Below, in pieces: positions 40,267 through 50,603 of a stretch of DNA of 64,000 bases. The number at the start of each line of letters is the position of its first letter. Within the stretch, counting starts at the first letter, position 1. Below the pieces are notes generated by a model. It was not told where the DNA came from and did no database searches. It saw only the letters and a list, made by a program, of their open reading frames with translations. Source of the DNA: Bacteroidales bacterium (GTDB lineage Bacteria > Bacteroidota > Bacteroidia > Bacteroidales > UBA12077); the NCBI GenBank assembly GCA_030611105.1, contig JAUWQL010000004.1, positions 867-64,866 on the forward strand, in the 5' to 3' direction. Made by a program: the position numbers and the translations under genes.

Positions 40267-40297
40267 AAAACTATCTGCTAAGTAAACAGATAGTTTT
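40267..40297 (-). terminator. Intrinsic terminator after the ABC permease
   Basis: aaaactatctg...cagatagtttt. Confidence 0.65.
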
Positions 40298-40331
40298 GAG
40301 AAAATAAAGCGTTTAATAGAAATCTTTTATA

Positions 40332-41672
40332 TTAAGACTTATATCGTAACCATTTCCACAACTCTTTGTAATTAACTTTTTTACCATACATAAGAATTCC
40401 TGTACGATAAATTTTACCTGCAAACCATGTAGAACCAATAAATGTTAGTACCAATAATCCCATTGATAATGCAAGTTCCCAATATGGAACGCCAAAAGGA
40501 ATCCGAACCATCATTACAATTGGAGAAGTAAATGGTATTATTGAAAACCAGAATGCTACAGAGCTTTCAGGATTTTGTACAACATTCATCATTACAAAAA
40601 TACCCAGAATTAAAGGTATTGTAATCGGAAGCATAAATTGCTGTGTATCTGTCTCATTATCAACGGCAGATCCGATAGCCGCAAATAAAGATCCATACAA
40701 TAAATATCCACCTAAAAAGAAAAAGATGAACGAGCCAAATATTAAACCGAAATTCATTGATTTAGCAGAATTAAGCATGCTTGTAAACTTGTCCATATTT
40801 TGTGGTTCTATTGTTTCAACCTGAGGTATGTTTTGTTGTTCTAATAAATCCTGAACCACAATTTCCTGCGCATTTTGTGTTCCTGATTCAGGGAAGAATA
40901 CTGTCTTAACTCCCGTTATAATAATAAAAGTAAGCAATATCCATAGCAAGAATTGTGTTAAACCAACCAGTGCAATTCCAACAATTTTCCCCATCATTAA
41001 TTGAAATGGCCTTGCCGATGAAATAATAATTTCAACTATTCTACTTGTTTTTTCTTCAATAACTCCACGCATTACCTGGGCACCAAACATGAAAATGAAG
41101 AAATAAATTAAAAAGCCACTGGCGTAACCAACAACCATAGCTATTTCAGTTGAACTTTCTTTTTCTTCGCCATCATCGGTCCATTGAATTGTACGTATTG
41201 AAACATCTGATTTGATTGATTTCAATACCTCTTCATCTATACCATGAGACCGCAGTTTTTTATTTTTTAATTCTTTTTCCATAGCATTTGCTATATGCGA
41301 TTTTACTGAAAAACTTGGTTGCTTTTTTGAATATAAACGAACTGCACTTGGTTCATGAGTAATGCTTGGAAGTATTTGTAAAACTGCATAATAATCTAAT
41401 TCAGAAAAATTAGCTTTTAATTCTTCGAGTTTTTTATTCTCCAAATATTCGAACTTAATATAATCAGTATCGGCTATCTTATTTATAAAAATACCCGAGT
41501 TATCGATAACAGCAATGTTCTTTACATCGGTATCTTTCATTGATGCCAGCCATGCAGGAACAATCATCATTGCGGCAAAAAGAACCGGGCCAAGAATTGT
41601 CATTACAATAAATGATTTCTTTTTTACTCTTGTCAAATATTCTCGTGATATAATTAATTTGATTTTATTCAT
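40332..41672 (-). CDS. ABC-2 type transporter permease (NatB/YhaP-like)
   Basis: REYLTRVK, EEKTSRIVEII, MMGKIVG, IPFTSP. Confidence 0.9.
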   Translation of the reverse strand: MNKIKLIISREYLTRVKKKSFIVMTILGPVLFAAMMIVPAWLASMKDTDVKNIAVIDNSGIFINKIADTDYIKFEYLENKKLEELKANFSELDYYAVLQILPSITHEPSAVRLYSKKQPSFSVKSHIANAMEKELKNKKLRSHGIDEEVLKSIKSDVSIRTIQWTDDGEEKESSTEIAMVVGYASGFLIYFFIFMFGAQVMRGVIEEKTSRIVEIIISSARPFQLMMGKIVGIALVGLTQFLLWILLTFIIITGVKTVFFPESGTQNAQEIVVQDLLEQQNIPQVETIEPQNMDKFTSMLNSAKSMNFGLIFGSFIFFFLGGYLLYGSLFAAIGSAVDNETDTQQFMLPITIPLILGIFVMMNVVQNPESSVAFWFSIIPFTSPIVMMVRIPFGVPYWELALSMGLLVLTFIGSTWFAGKIYRTGILMYGKKVNYKELWKWLRYKS

Positions 41673-41679
41673 TGGTATA

Positions 41680-42600
41680 TTAATTTTTGTATTCGTTTAC
41701 TACTTTTATAAAAATATCGTTCATGCTTGGAATAAGCTCTTTGAATGAGATAATTTCAACAGCAGGAATAATTAATGAAAGCAATTCGTTTTCATTTGTT
41801 TGATGTAGTAATTTTATACGAACCGCACTATGTCCGTCAACCTTCGTCTTATCAATAATCTCATAATACTGATTCAGTGATTTCTCAAGTTTTTCTACTT
41901 CTCCGTTAAAAGAGATTTCATAAATATTCGACTTGTATTTTTTTCGAATATCATCAATATGTCCTTCTAAAATGTTTCGTGATTGATTTATTAAAGTAAT
42001 ATGATCGCACAATTCTTCAACCGATGCCATGTTATGAGTAGAAAATATTATGGTTGCTCCTTTTTTCTTCAAGTCTATAATTTCCTGTTTTAACATATTT
42101 GCATTAATAGGGTCGAACCCACTAAAAGGCTCATCAAATATTAATAATTCCGGTTCGTGCAATATAGTAGTAACAAACTGTACCTTTTGAGCCATTCCTT
42201 TAGAAAGTTCTTCGACTTTTTTGTCCCACCAAGCCTCCATTTCAAATTTTCCGAACCAGTATTTTAATCGTTTTAGAGCATCTCGTTTTGATAATCCTTT
42301 TAACCTAGCCAGATACAATGCCTGTTCTCCAACTTTCATTTTTTTGTATAAACCACGTTCTTCAGGTAAATATCCAATAATATTTACATCTTCCGGCTGC
42401 AAAGGTCTTCCTTTTAATAAAATCTCACCTTTATCGGGAGCGGTTATGCGGTTTATTATTCTGATAAGTGTTGTTTTTCCTGCTCCATTTGGCCCGAGCA
42501 AGCCATAAATGCTATTTTCGGGTATGCTAACATTAACATCATCCAAAGCCAGGTGATTCACAAACTTTTTCTCAATATTTTGTGCTTTAAGTAATTCCAT
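41680..42600 (-). CDS. ABC transporter ATP-binding protein (NatA/YhaQ-like)
   Basis: GPNGAGKT, YLPEERGLY, LSKGM, DEPFSGFDP. Confidence 0.93.
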   Translation of the reverse strand: MELLKAQNIEKKFVNHLALDDVNVSIPENSIYGLLGPNGAGKTTLIRIINRITAPDKGEILLKGRPLQPEDVNIIGYLPEERGLYKKMKVGEQALYLARLKGLSKRDALKRLKYWFGKFEMEAWWDKKVEELSKGMAQKVQFVTTILHEPELLIFDEPFSGFDPINANMLKQEIIDLKKKGATIIFSTHNMASVEELCDHITLINQSRNILEGHIDDIRKKYKSNIYEISFNGEVEKLEKSLNQYYEIIDKTKVDGHSAVRIKLLHQTNENELLSLIIPAVEIISFKELIPSMNDIFIKVVNEYKN

Positions 42601-42793
42601 CGATTTTTTAACAGTTAAATTATTTAATTGATAAAGATATGAAATAAGTAGGCGTTTTGAATAAATTATTACATTGCCAACGTTAAAATTTGTTAAATAT
42701 TCGAGGATAGTTCCAAAGTTCTGAGTTCCGAGTTTGAAAAGTTCAAAGTTTCAGATTTTTACTATTTTACTAATTTACCAGTAAACCAGTAAC

Positions 42794-44257
42794 CTATTTT
42801 ATTGTCCAGTCTTTCCAAACACTTTCAACATCGGGACTAATATTTACCTGTGGATTTTGTTCTTTGTCGTTTATCATAACTGATTTAACTGCAACCTGTT
42901 TGTTTAAATAATCGGCTAATTCCGACAAACTAACATTACCATTTGTTTCCTGTAGTTTTTTTAAAAGGAAATAAGTAAATAATCCATGTTGCTGGTTTTT
43001 ATATGGAAGCGATGATTGTGTTCCTGAGCTAGCTGTAAAAACAATCAGGTTGCCTTTTAATAAATTTTCTTTAGGTTGAATTTTGACTCCACGTGTAGCT
43101 AATAATCCCTGATTTCGGGCTCCGCCGCTAAAACATGCATCTAAAAATACCGTTACTCTTTTTACCGGATATTCAGCAAGTTTTTTATAAACATCATTCA
43201 ATTTGATTGCGTATTCAAGATCAGTTCCGCTTACATCAACCGGAATTAGATACGGTTCTTTCGTTTCTTCATCAGGGAAACCATGTCCGGCATAATAGAA
43301 ATAAATTTCAGCTTCGCCATCCAGATTTTTGGCGATAACATTCATCTTTTCTATTGATTTGCTAAACTCAACAACTTGAGCATTAATTATTAATATTATA
43401 TTTTCATCAGGAATACCTAATGTTTTTTCTGCATATTCTTTAAAAACTCTGGCATCTCTTTTAGCAAATTCAACATTTACTTCGCTGGTTAATCCTTTTT
43501 GATATGAATTATAATCTTCGTTACCAATAATTAAAGCATATCGATTATGATTTTTTTCGGTTGAGACAGGAATATTTATGTCAACGTTAGAAACATGCAT
43601 CTCCTTTGTTTTAGTAATTGATTTTTTTTCTTCAGCAATGGTTTTATTATCAATTTGATTTCTTTTAGTTGCTTGAGTTTTTTGTGTTATTTGAACAAGT
43701 TCAAAGTTGCCTTCGCCACGAATAGATTTTTCAATATAATTTATAGATTTTAAAACAGCAATTTTAAAGGATGAATTTAACGCCAGTTTAGCTGATTGAG
43801 CACCTTTTTTGTTAGGTTGTGTAGAAATTTGGCTTATCCGTTCTTTATATCTTTTTATTCTATTTCCTCTTAAATCAAATACAACAACATCTATGGTAGA
43901 TTTTGCTATCCATTTTTTTTCTTTTCGAACTACAAAATAATCAACTATATCAATCTTAACAAAAACTTTATCAGGTTCAGGATTGAAATCATTTCTAATA
44001 TTTCTGATTAAATTGATTTTGGTGCGGGGGTAACTTTCTTTTATATAATCACCAATTGCTCTTATAATTTTTTCACTAAACAATTTCGAAGATGTTCTGT
44101 TGTCTTTTATTAAAACATCAATGTTAAGTTTTACGGGAGTATTATAGGTTTTAACTACTTTTATTTTTATTGGTTCAAAAGCTTGATTATTTTGATCCTG
44201 AGAAAAAGAAATCTTTGCAATAAAAACTGTGATTAGAATAAATAGTAGTTTTTTCAT
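42794..44257 (-). CDS. Secreted caspase-family (peptidase C14) protein
   Basis: Signal peptide; YALIIGNEDY, YYAGHG, FLDACFSG, HGLFTYFLL, QNP. Confidence 0.88.
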   Translation of the reverse strand: MKKLLFILITVFIAKISFSQDQNNQAFEPIKIKVVKTYNTPVKLNIDVLIKDNRTSSKLFSEKIIRAIGDYIKESYPRTKINLIRNIRNDFNPEPDKVFVKIDIVDYFVVRKEKKWIAKSTIDVVVFDLRGNRIKRYKERISQISTQPNKKGAQSAKLALNSSFKIAVLKSINYIEKSIRGEGNFELVQITQKTQATKRNQIDNKTIAEEKKSITKTKEMHVSNVDINIPVSTEKNHNRYALIIGNEDYNSYQKGLTSEVNVEFAKRDARVFKEYAEKTLGIPDENIILIINAQVVEFSKSIEKMNVIAKNLDGEAEIYFYYAGHGFPDEETKEPYLIPVDVSGTDLEYAIKLNDVYKKLAEYPVKRVTVFLDACFSGGARNQGLLATRGVKIQPKENLLKGNLIVFTASSGTQSSLPYKNQQHGLFTYFLLKKLQETNGNVSLSELADYLNKQVAVKSVMINDKEQNPQVNISPDVESVWKDWTIK

Positions 44258-44556
44258 GATGAATATGTGTTTGGGTAACTGTTGTTTGGTAATCAATGAT
44301 CAATTCAATGTTGTTAAAATTACGAGTTTTTTATGAAGATAAAATGAAGAATTTGTAATTTTTGTTTAAAATGATAAAATGAATTAAATGTTGATTTTGT
44401 AATAAGTGCTATAAGTGCAGATTAATTTTAATATATCATGTGATATTTAATCATTTATTTTAGTACTTTAATGTAAAATTTAGCATTAGGTGTAAAAATT
44501 ATTATTTTGTCTGATATTTTTATATATTTTTATACCTTTGAATATATGCTAATATT

Positions 44557-46446
44557 ATGAAAAAGAATATTTTACTCCTGATTTTTATAGCCTTATCCTT
44601 TAATTTGATTGCAAATATTAATACACAGGTTGACAGCCTTTATAAAAAGCTGATCAATGTGGAAGACTCGTTAAAAGCAGAGCTCCTGAATGAGCTTAGT
44701 TGGGAACTACGAAATTCAGAACCTGAAAAATCTATAGATTACGGTCTGGAAGCAATCAAATTTGCAGAAAAATATAATAACTATGAAGAACTTGTACAAG
44801 CCCATAGTTTTATTGGTGTAGCATATAGAATTTTAGGAAATTACTCAGAAGCAATAGATTTTAATTATAAAGGCTTAGAGCTTGCAAAAAAATATGGAGA
44901 AACAGAACAAGAAGGTTATGCATATATTAACATTGGGAATCTACATATTTATCAGGGGTACTATTATAATGCTTTAGAAAATCTTAACAAAGGAAAAAAA
45001 ATTGCTGAAAAACTTGATCATAAAAGGATGTTGGGATATGTGTATTTAAATATGGGTCGGGCACAAATGTTAAGAGAAGAAAATATTGAAGCGCTGGAAA
45101 ATTTTAATAAAGCACTTAAATTGAGAATTGAAATCGATCAGGTTTCAGGTCAGGCTGTTTGCTATAAGTATATTGGAGATATTTATTTAGAACTGGGTGA
45201 TAATACATTAGCGTTAGAAAATTACAGACGTTCTCTTGAAGTAGTAGATAAGAATATGGATAAAGATTTGTATGCAAATATTCATACTATGTTAGCTAAA
45301 GCTCATTTTTTAGTTGGGAATTACAACATGGCAAAAACTAATGCTGAGAAAAGCATGAAGATTGCAAAGGAAATAGGTGCTAAACTAATAATCCGAGACA
45401 ATTTTAAGATTTTATCTGATATAGATTTAAAGACTGGTAATTATAGGGCAGCTTCAAAACATTTAGAATGTATTATAAATTACAATGACACGCTCTTTAG
45501 CCAACAGCTTTCGGAGAAAATGTTTAATCTCGAATATCAGTATGAAAAACAAAGGAAACAAGCTGAAATAGATTTGTTAAATAAGGATAAAAAAATTAAG
45601 GAATTGGGACTTCGTCGTGCGAGAACTTATAATTCTGCACTATTAATAATATTAGGATTAGTAACTGCCCTTTTTGTTTATGTTTTGATTTCATTAAAGC
45701 ATAGAAGAGAGCAAAATATGTTGTTGGAAAAACAAAAAGAAGAGCTTGATAATATTAATAAGACTAAAGACAAAATGTTTTTAATTATTGGGCATGATTT
45801 GCGAGGCCCGATAGGAAACTTAAAGTCTTTGATTGAAATGTTGTTAGAAGATGAAGAAATAACTCAGGATAAAAGCTTACTTGAGACATTTAGGATTTTT
45901 ATGAAATCTGTACAATCGATTAGTGACTTGCTTGAGAACTTATTGCTTTGGGCTAAAAGTCAAAGAGGAGAAATAAGTTTCTCACCAGAAAATATTAGTT
46001 TAAATACAATAATAAAAAGAAATTTACAATTATTTAGAACTATAGCGGATCATAAAAGAATAAAATTAACCGTTAAAATGGATGACAATTTTGACGTATT
46101 GGCCGATAAAAATATGTTATTGACTGTTGTTCGAAATATTATATCAAATGCTATTAAATATACCCCACGTGGAGGTTCAATTGATATTTGTGTTGAACGA
46201 GATGTTCAGTTTCATAAAGTTTCGATAAAGGATACTGGCATTGGGTTCGATAATGAAACTGCGAGTAAAATATTCGATACTGCTAGTTTCTATACTACTT
46301 CTGGAACAAATAATGAAGCAGGGTCTGGTTTAGGATTACTCTTAAGTAAAGAATTTGTTGAGAGAAATGGAGGAAAAATCTGGACAGAGAGTGTGCAGGG
46401 GGAAGGTGCTACATTCTATTTTACAACACCTGTCTCTAATTTTTAA
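44557..46446 (+). CDS. TPR-containing sensor histidine kinase
   Basis: Periplasmic TPRs, one TM, HDLRGP, NAIKYT, DTGIG, GSGLGL. Confidence 0.92.
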   Translation: MKKNILLLIFIALSFNLIANINTQVDSLYKKLINVEDSLKAELLNELSWELRNSEPEKSIDYGLEAIKFAEKYNNYEELVQAHSFIGVAYRILGNYSEAIDFNYKGLELAKKYGETEQEGYAYINIGNLHIYQGYYYNALENLNKGKKIAEKLDHKRMLGYVYLNMGRAQMLREENIEALENFNKALKLRIEIDQVSGQAVCYKYIGDIYLELGDNTLALENYRRSLEVVDKNMDKDLYANIHTMLAKAHFLVGNYNMAKTNAEKSMKIAKEIGAKLIIRDNFKILSDIDLKTGNYRAASKHLECIINYNDTLFSQQLSEKMFNLEYQYEKQRKQAEIDLLNKDKKIKELGLRRARTYNSALLIILGLVTALFVYVLISLKHRREQNMLLEKQKEELDNINKTKDKMFLIIGHDLRGPIGNLKSLIEMLLEDEEITQDKSLLETFRIFMKSVQSISDLLENLLLWAKSQRGEISFSPENISLNTIIKRNLQLFRTIADHKRIKLTVKMDDNFDVLADKNMLLTVVRNIISNAIKYTPRGGSIDICVERDVQFHKVSIKDTGIGFDNETASKIFDTASFYTTSGTNNEAGSGLGLLLSKEFVERNGGKIWTESVQGEGATFYFTTPVSNF

Positions 46447-46496
46447 ACTTGATTTTTATTAATCGTAGCATTTTTTTTGTTTGCGACCTTAAAATA

Positions 46497-46534
46497 AATC
46501 CTGCCATGTTTTAAATCAGGCAGGATTTGTATTT
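46497..46534. terminator. Hairpin terminator between convergent genes
   Basis: aatcctgcc...ggcaggatt. Confidence 0.6.
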
Positions 46535-46590
46535 GCTGCTTTTAAGGTTTGAGCTGCAATAGTTAGCATACCAAAAATAATTATAGTGTT

Positions 46591-46821
46591 TTACCAATAT
46601 TTTTCCAATTCCATTTCAGGAGAATGTTCAGCTCGGCTTTTAAATCCTAATTTCTCATAAAACCCAGTTTTGTCTTTAGCACAGACAGAAATATTGTGCC
46701 ATGAGTTTTTCAAAGCAGTAAATAATTCTTCTTTTGTCAATTCATATTTTGTGTTCCAACCAGTTGTTTCGAAGATCTCAAAAAATTGTTCTGCCGTTGG
46801 TAATTTTTCAGAATATTTCAT
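46591..46821 (-). pseudogene. GNAT acetyltransferase with an in-frame internal deletion
   Basis: Both GNAT-like ends are present (FETTGWN...ALKNSW; GFYEKLGF) but acetyl-CoA motif A is absent. Confidence 0.6.
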
Positions 46822-46905
46822 TTTAAAAGAAGTTTAAATGCTTATCTAAAAACAATAAAAAAATATTTAATCACTTGACATTTAGCAATAATATTACTAA
46901 TATTG

Positions 46906-46924
46906 CCTACTAGTACCTACTAGT
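46906..46924. promoter_or_regulatory. Putative GntR operator
   Basis: cctactagt-a-cctactagt, 19 nt before the GntR ATG. Confidence 0.45.
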
Positions 46925-46943
46925 TAGTTTTATTGTAAAATAT

Positions 46944-47951
46944 ATGATTACAAAGTTAATTAATATTGACGATTCGTTAAAAATTCCTAAATATAAACAG
47001 ATAATTAATTCTGTTTTCTACGCTATTGAAAAAAAATACATTTTAAAAGGAGATCAAATCCCTTCTATTAATGAAATAAGCAAACTTTACAATCTTTCAA
47101 GAGATACTGTAATGACAGCCTTTAACGAATTAAAAGCAAAAGGAATAATAAAATCAGTTCCGGGGAAAGGATATTATATAAACAGCACGGAAATAAGGAG
47201 AGAAGAAAATATTTTTCTGCTTTTCGATGAATTAAATGCATTTAAAGAAATACTATATAATTCGTTTGTTGAAAATATTAAAGGTAGAGCAACTGTTGAT
47301 ATATATTTTCATTATTTCAATAAACGTATTTTCAAAAATCTGATTAACGAAAATATCGAAAAATACACTACTTTCATTATTATGCCTGTAGGCTTTAATG
47401 GAATTGCCGATGCGGTAAATCGTATAAAAAATGGTAAAACATATATTCTCGATCAGGCTAATCCCGAATTAATCAGCAAGTATCCGGCAATATATCAAAA
47501 CTTCGAAAAGGATATTTTCAATTCTTTATCTTCAGGAGAAACATTACTTACGAAATATAAAACGTTAATAATGATTTATCCGGGAGGCAAAGAACCAAAA
47601 GGCCAGCTGAATGGGTTTGTGAAATTCTGCAAGAAGAAGAATTTTGATTATAAGATTATTCAAAATCCCAAAGAAAGGAAAATTCGAAAAGGAGATGTTT
47701 ACGTTATTCCCAACGATATTGATTTGGTTAATATTATAAAAAAAACCCGCGAACTAAATTATGCTATTGGTAAAGATATCGGAATAATATCATACAACGA
47801 TACTCCTTTAAAAGAAGTTGTAGGAGATGGAATAACAACAATATCAACTGATTTTAAATTAATGGGTAAAACTTTAGCCGAAATGGTACTAAATAACATC
47901 GATAAAAAGATTGAAAATCCGTCATCATTAATAATTAGAAAATCATTATAA
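46944..47951 (+). CDS. GntR family regulator with periplasmic-binding-like effector domain
   Basis: PKYKQI, GDQIPSIN, SRDTV, PGKGYY; IISYNDTPLK, TTISTDF. Confidence 0.9.
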   Translation: MITKLINIDDSLKIPKYKQIINSVFYAIEKKYILKGDQIPSINEISKLYNLSRDTVMTAFNELKAKGIIKSVPGKGYYINSTEIRREENIFLLFDELNAFKEILYNSFVENIKGRATVDIYFHYFNKRIFKNLINENIEKYTTFIIMPVGFNGIADAVNRIKNGKTYILDQANPELISKYPAIYQNFEKDIFNSLSSGETLLTKYKTLIMIYPGGKEPKGQLNGFVKFCKKKNFDYKIIQNPKERKIRKGDVYVIPNDIDLVNIIKKTRELNYAIGKDIGIISYNDTPLKEVVGDGITTISTDFKLMGKTLAEMVLNNIDKKIENPSSLIIRKSL

Positions 47952-47963
47952 AATTTGATAGAT

Positions 47964-50393
47964 ATGAAAAAAATAACTTTTTTATTACTTGCAACAATTT
48001 TAACAGGATCATGCTTGAATAAAGATAATAACATAAAAGATTATCCTGTTAAACCGGTAGCCTTTACAAACGTAAAATTTACAGACAATTTCTGGCTCCC
48101 ACGGTTAGATACAAATAGAATTATTACCATTCCTTATGATTTTAAAAAGTGTGAAGAGACTCATAGAATTGACAATTTTGCAATTGCAGGAGGATTACAG
48201 GAAGGATCTTTTGTAGGAATCAGATATAATGATTCCGATGTTTTTAAAGTTATAGAAGGAGCATCATACTCGTTGAATATCCATCCTGATCCGGAATTAG
48301 AAAAGTATTTAGATGGTTTAATTGCAAAAATTGCTGCAGCACAGGAAGATGATGGTTATTTATATACTTGCAGAACCATAAATCCCGACAGTTTACCACG
48401 GCATACAGGAGATACAAAATGGTCGCAATTAAAAGACAGTCACGAACTTTATAATATAGGACACATGTACGAAGCTGCCGTTGCATATTATCGGGCAACC
48501 GGTAAAAAATCTTTATTAGATGTAGCAATTAAGAGCGCAAATTTAGTTAATGAAATTTTCGGACCGGGCAAAGATCAGTTACATGGGGTTCCCGGGCATC
48601 AGGAAATAGAAATGGGCTTAGTAAAATTATACAGAGTTACTGCTGATGAAAAGTACTTAAAACTTGCCAAATATTTCTTAGATCAAAGAGGAAATGCCAA
48701 TGGCCATGAACTATACGTTTATGGCGAAGATGGAAATAACAAAGTATATACTCAGGATCATAAACTGGTTACTGAACAATTTGAAGCTATAGGGCACGCA
48801 GTAAGAGCCGTTTATATGTATTCCGGAATGGCAGATATTGCTGCTCTTACAAACGATAAAAAATACAATTCAGCAATTGATATTTTATGGAATAATGTAG
48901 TATCGAAAAAATTATATATTACCGGAGGAATTGGTTCTAAACATGCAGGTGAAGCATTTGGTGAAAATTACCATTTACCAAACCTGAGTGCTTATAACGA
49001 AACCTGTGCTGCTGTTGCCAATATGCTATGGAATCAAAGAATGTTCTTATTAAACGGAGATGCAAAATATATTGATGTTTTAGAACGTACTCTTTATAAC
49101 GGATTTCTTTCGGGAGTTTCAATTCACGGTGATAAATTTTTCTATCCGAATCCACTAGAATCTGATGGTAGCCACCAAAGAAAACCATGGTTTAGTTGCT
49201 CGTGTTGCCCTACAAATGTTGTTCGCTTTTTACCATCATTACCCGGATATGTTTATGCACACACAAAAGATGATTTATTTATAAATCTGTATATCGGGAA
49301 TAAGGCAAATATTAATATGAATTTCGGGGAAATAAGTATATCGCAAAGCACCGATTATCCTTGGGACGGAAATGTAAAAATCAATATTGAACCTGAAACC
49401 AAATCTAAATTTACTGTATCGTTAAGAATTCCGGGATGGGCTCAAAACAAACCCGTACCATCTGATTTATATTGTTATATGAATGAATCGGATCTGAAAG
49501 CTGTAATTAAAATCAATAACAAAGAAACTTCATACAATATTACCAATGGATATGCTAAAATAAACAGACAGTGGGAAAAAGGAGATATTATAGAAATTAA
49601 TTTCCCGATGCCTGTACGAAAAGTTGTTGCAAACAAAAAAGTTGAGGAAGATAAAGGGAAATTTTCTATTGAAAGAGGCCCTTTGGTATATTGTGCTGAA
49701 TGGCTTGATAATGGAGGGAAAGTACGAAATCTGTTATTAGATAAAAATACTGATTTTACATATGAATTTAAAGAAAACCTAATTAACGGTGTTAATATTT
49801 TAAGAGGAATGTCAAAATCGTTATCCATCGATAAAGCAGGTAATTCTACAATAGAAACAGAACAAGATTTTATTGCTATTCCATATTATGCATGGGCTCA
49901 CAGGGGGAATGGCGAAATGACAGTGTGGTTTCCGTACGAAAAATCGGCAACTAACCCGACTCCACCACCAACTATAGCATCTGAAAGCAAGGTGTCTGCA
50001 TCTTATATTTACGATCAAGTTTTGGCAGTTAACGACCAGATTAATCCTAAAAACTCTAACGATCATGATATTCCAAGGTTAACATTTTGGGATCATAAAG
50101 GAACAACAGAATGGGTACAATATGATTTTAAAGAAGAAACAATAATTAGTAATATTCATATATATTGGTTCGATGATGGGCCTGATGGTGGTTGCAGAGT
50201 TCCTGAAACATGGAAGGTAACATATCTGAAAAACGGTGAATGGAAAGAAATATCAACACATGGTGAATATCCGGTTTTAAAAGATGAGTTTACTTCTATC
50301 GAAATTTCTAACGTAAGAACAAAATCGATGAAGTTAGAAATTAAACTACAGGAAAACTTTTCCGGGGGTATTCTCGAATGGAAACTTGATTAA
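47964..50393 (+). CDS. GH127 family glycoside hydrolase (lipoprotein) with C-terminal extra domain
   Basis: Lipobox TGSC; DSDVFK, HELYN, GHAVR, YNETCA, CSCCPTN, RGPLVY, IPYYAW. Confidence 0.92.
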   Translation: MKKITFLLLATILTGSCLNKDNNIKDYPVKPVAFTNVKFTDNFWLPRLDTNRIITIPYDFKKCEETHRIDNFAIAGGLQEGSFVGIRYNDSDVFKVIEGASYSLNIHPDPELEKYLDGLIAKIAAAQEDDGYLYTCRTINPDSLPRHTGDTKWSQLKDSHELYNIGHMYEAAVAYYRATGKKSLLDVAIKSANLVNEIFGPGKDQLHGVPGHQEIEMGLVKLYRVTADEKYLKLAKYFLDQRGNANGHELYVYGEDGNNKVYTQDHKLVTEQFEAIGHAVRAVYMYSGMADIAALTNDKKYNSAIDILWNNVVSKKLYITGGIGSKHAGEAFGENYHLPNLSAYNETCAAVANMLWNQRMFLLNGDAKYIDVLERTLYNGFLSGVSIHGDKFFYPNPLESDGSHQRKPWFSCSCCPTNVVRFLPSLPGYVYAHTKDDLFINLYIGNKANINMNFGEISISQSTDYPWDGNVKINIEPETKSKFTVSLRIPGWAQNKPVPSDLYCYMNESDLKAVIKINNKETSYNITNGYAKINRQWEKGDIIEINFPMPVRKVVANKKVEEDKGKFSIERGPLVYCAEWLDNGGKVRNLLLDKNTDFTYEFKENLINGVNILRGMSKSLSIDKAGNSTIETEQDFIAIPYYAWAHRGNGEMTVWFPYEKSATNPTPPPTIASESKVSASYIYDQVLAVNDQINPKNSNDHDIPRLTFWDHKGTTEWVQYDFKEETIISNIHIYWFDDGPDGGCRVPETWKVTYLKNGEWKEISTHGEYPVLKDEFTSIEISNVRTKSMKLEIKLQENFSGGILEWKLD

Positions 50394-50405
50394 TTCTTAA
50401 ACATA

Positions 50406-50445
50406 TCTACCTGTCGCCTACCTGACGGCAGTCAGGGTAAACAGG
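50406..50445 (+). repeat. Nested pair of 20-nt CCTR-hairpin elements
   Basis: tctacctgtcg[cctacctgacggcagtcagg]gtaaacagg. Confidence 0.85.
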
Positions 50446-50466
50446 CAATAGAATGATTATATCAAA

Positions 50467-50561
50467 AATATCAAATATCGAACAAGGAATAATGAATTAC
50501 GAAGTAAAAAAATGAAGTAAAAATTTCATTATTCGATATTCGGTGTTCATTATTCGATATT
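50467..50561. repeat. Inverted heptad-periodic repeat
   Basis: aatatca aatatcg aacaagg aataatg aattacg; RC of right arm aatatcg aataatg aacaccg aatatcg aataatg. Confidence 0.7.
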
Positions 50562-50603
50562 TATAAATAACAGAACATGAATGAACTATAAAAATATAAA
50601 CAG

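Noticed and set aside
46497-46528. cctgcc...ggcagg hairpin as a micro-element
   Set aside because: 13-nt AT-rich loop, no CCTR tail or GGCA loop; looks like an ordinary terminator
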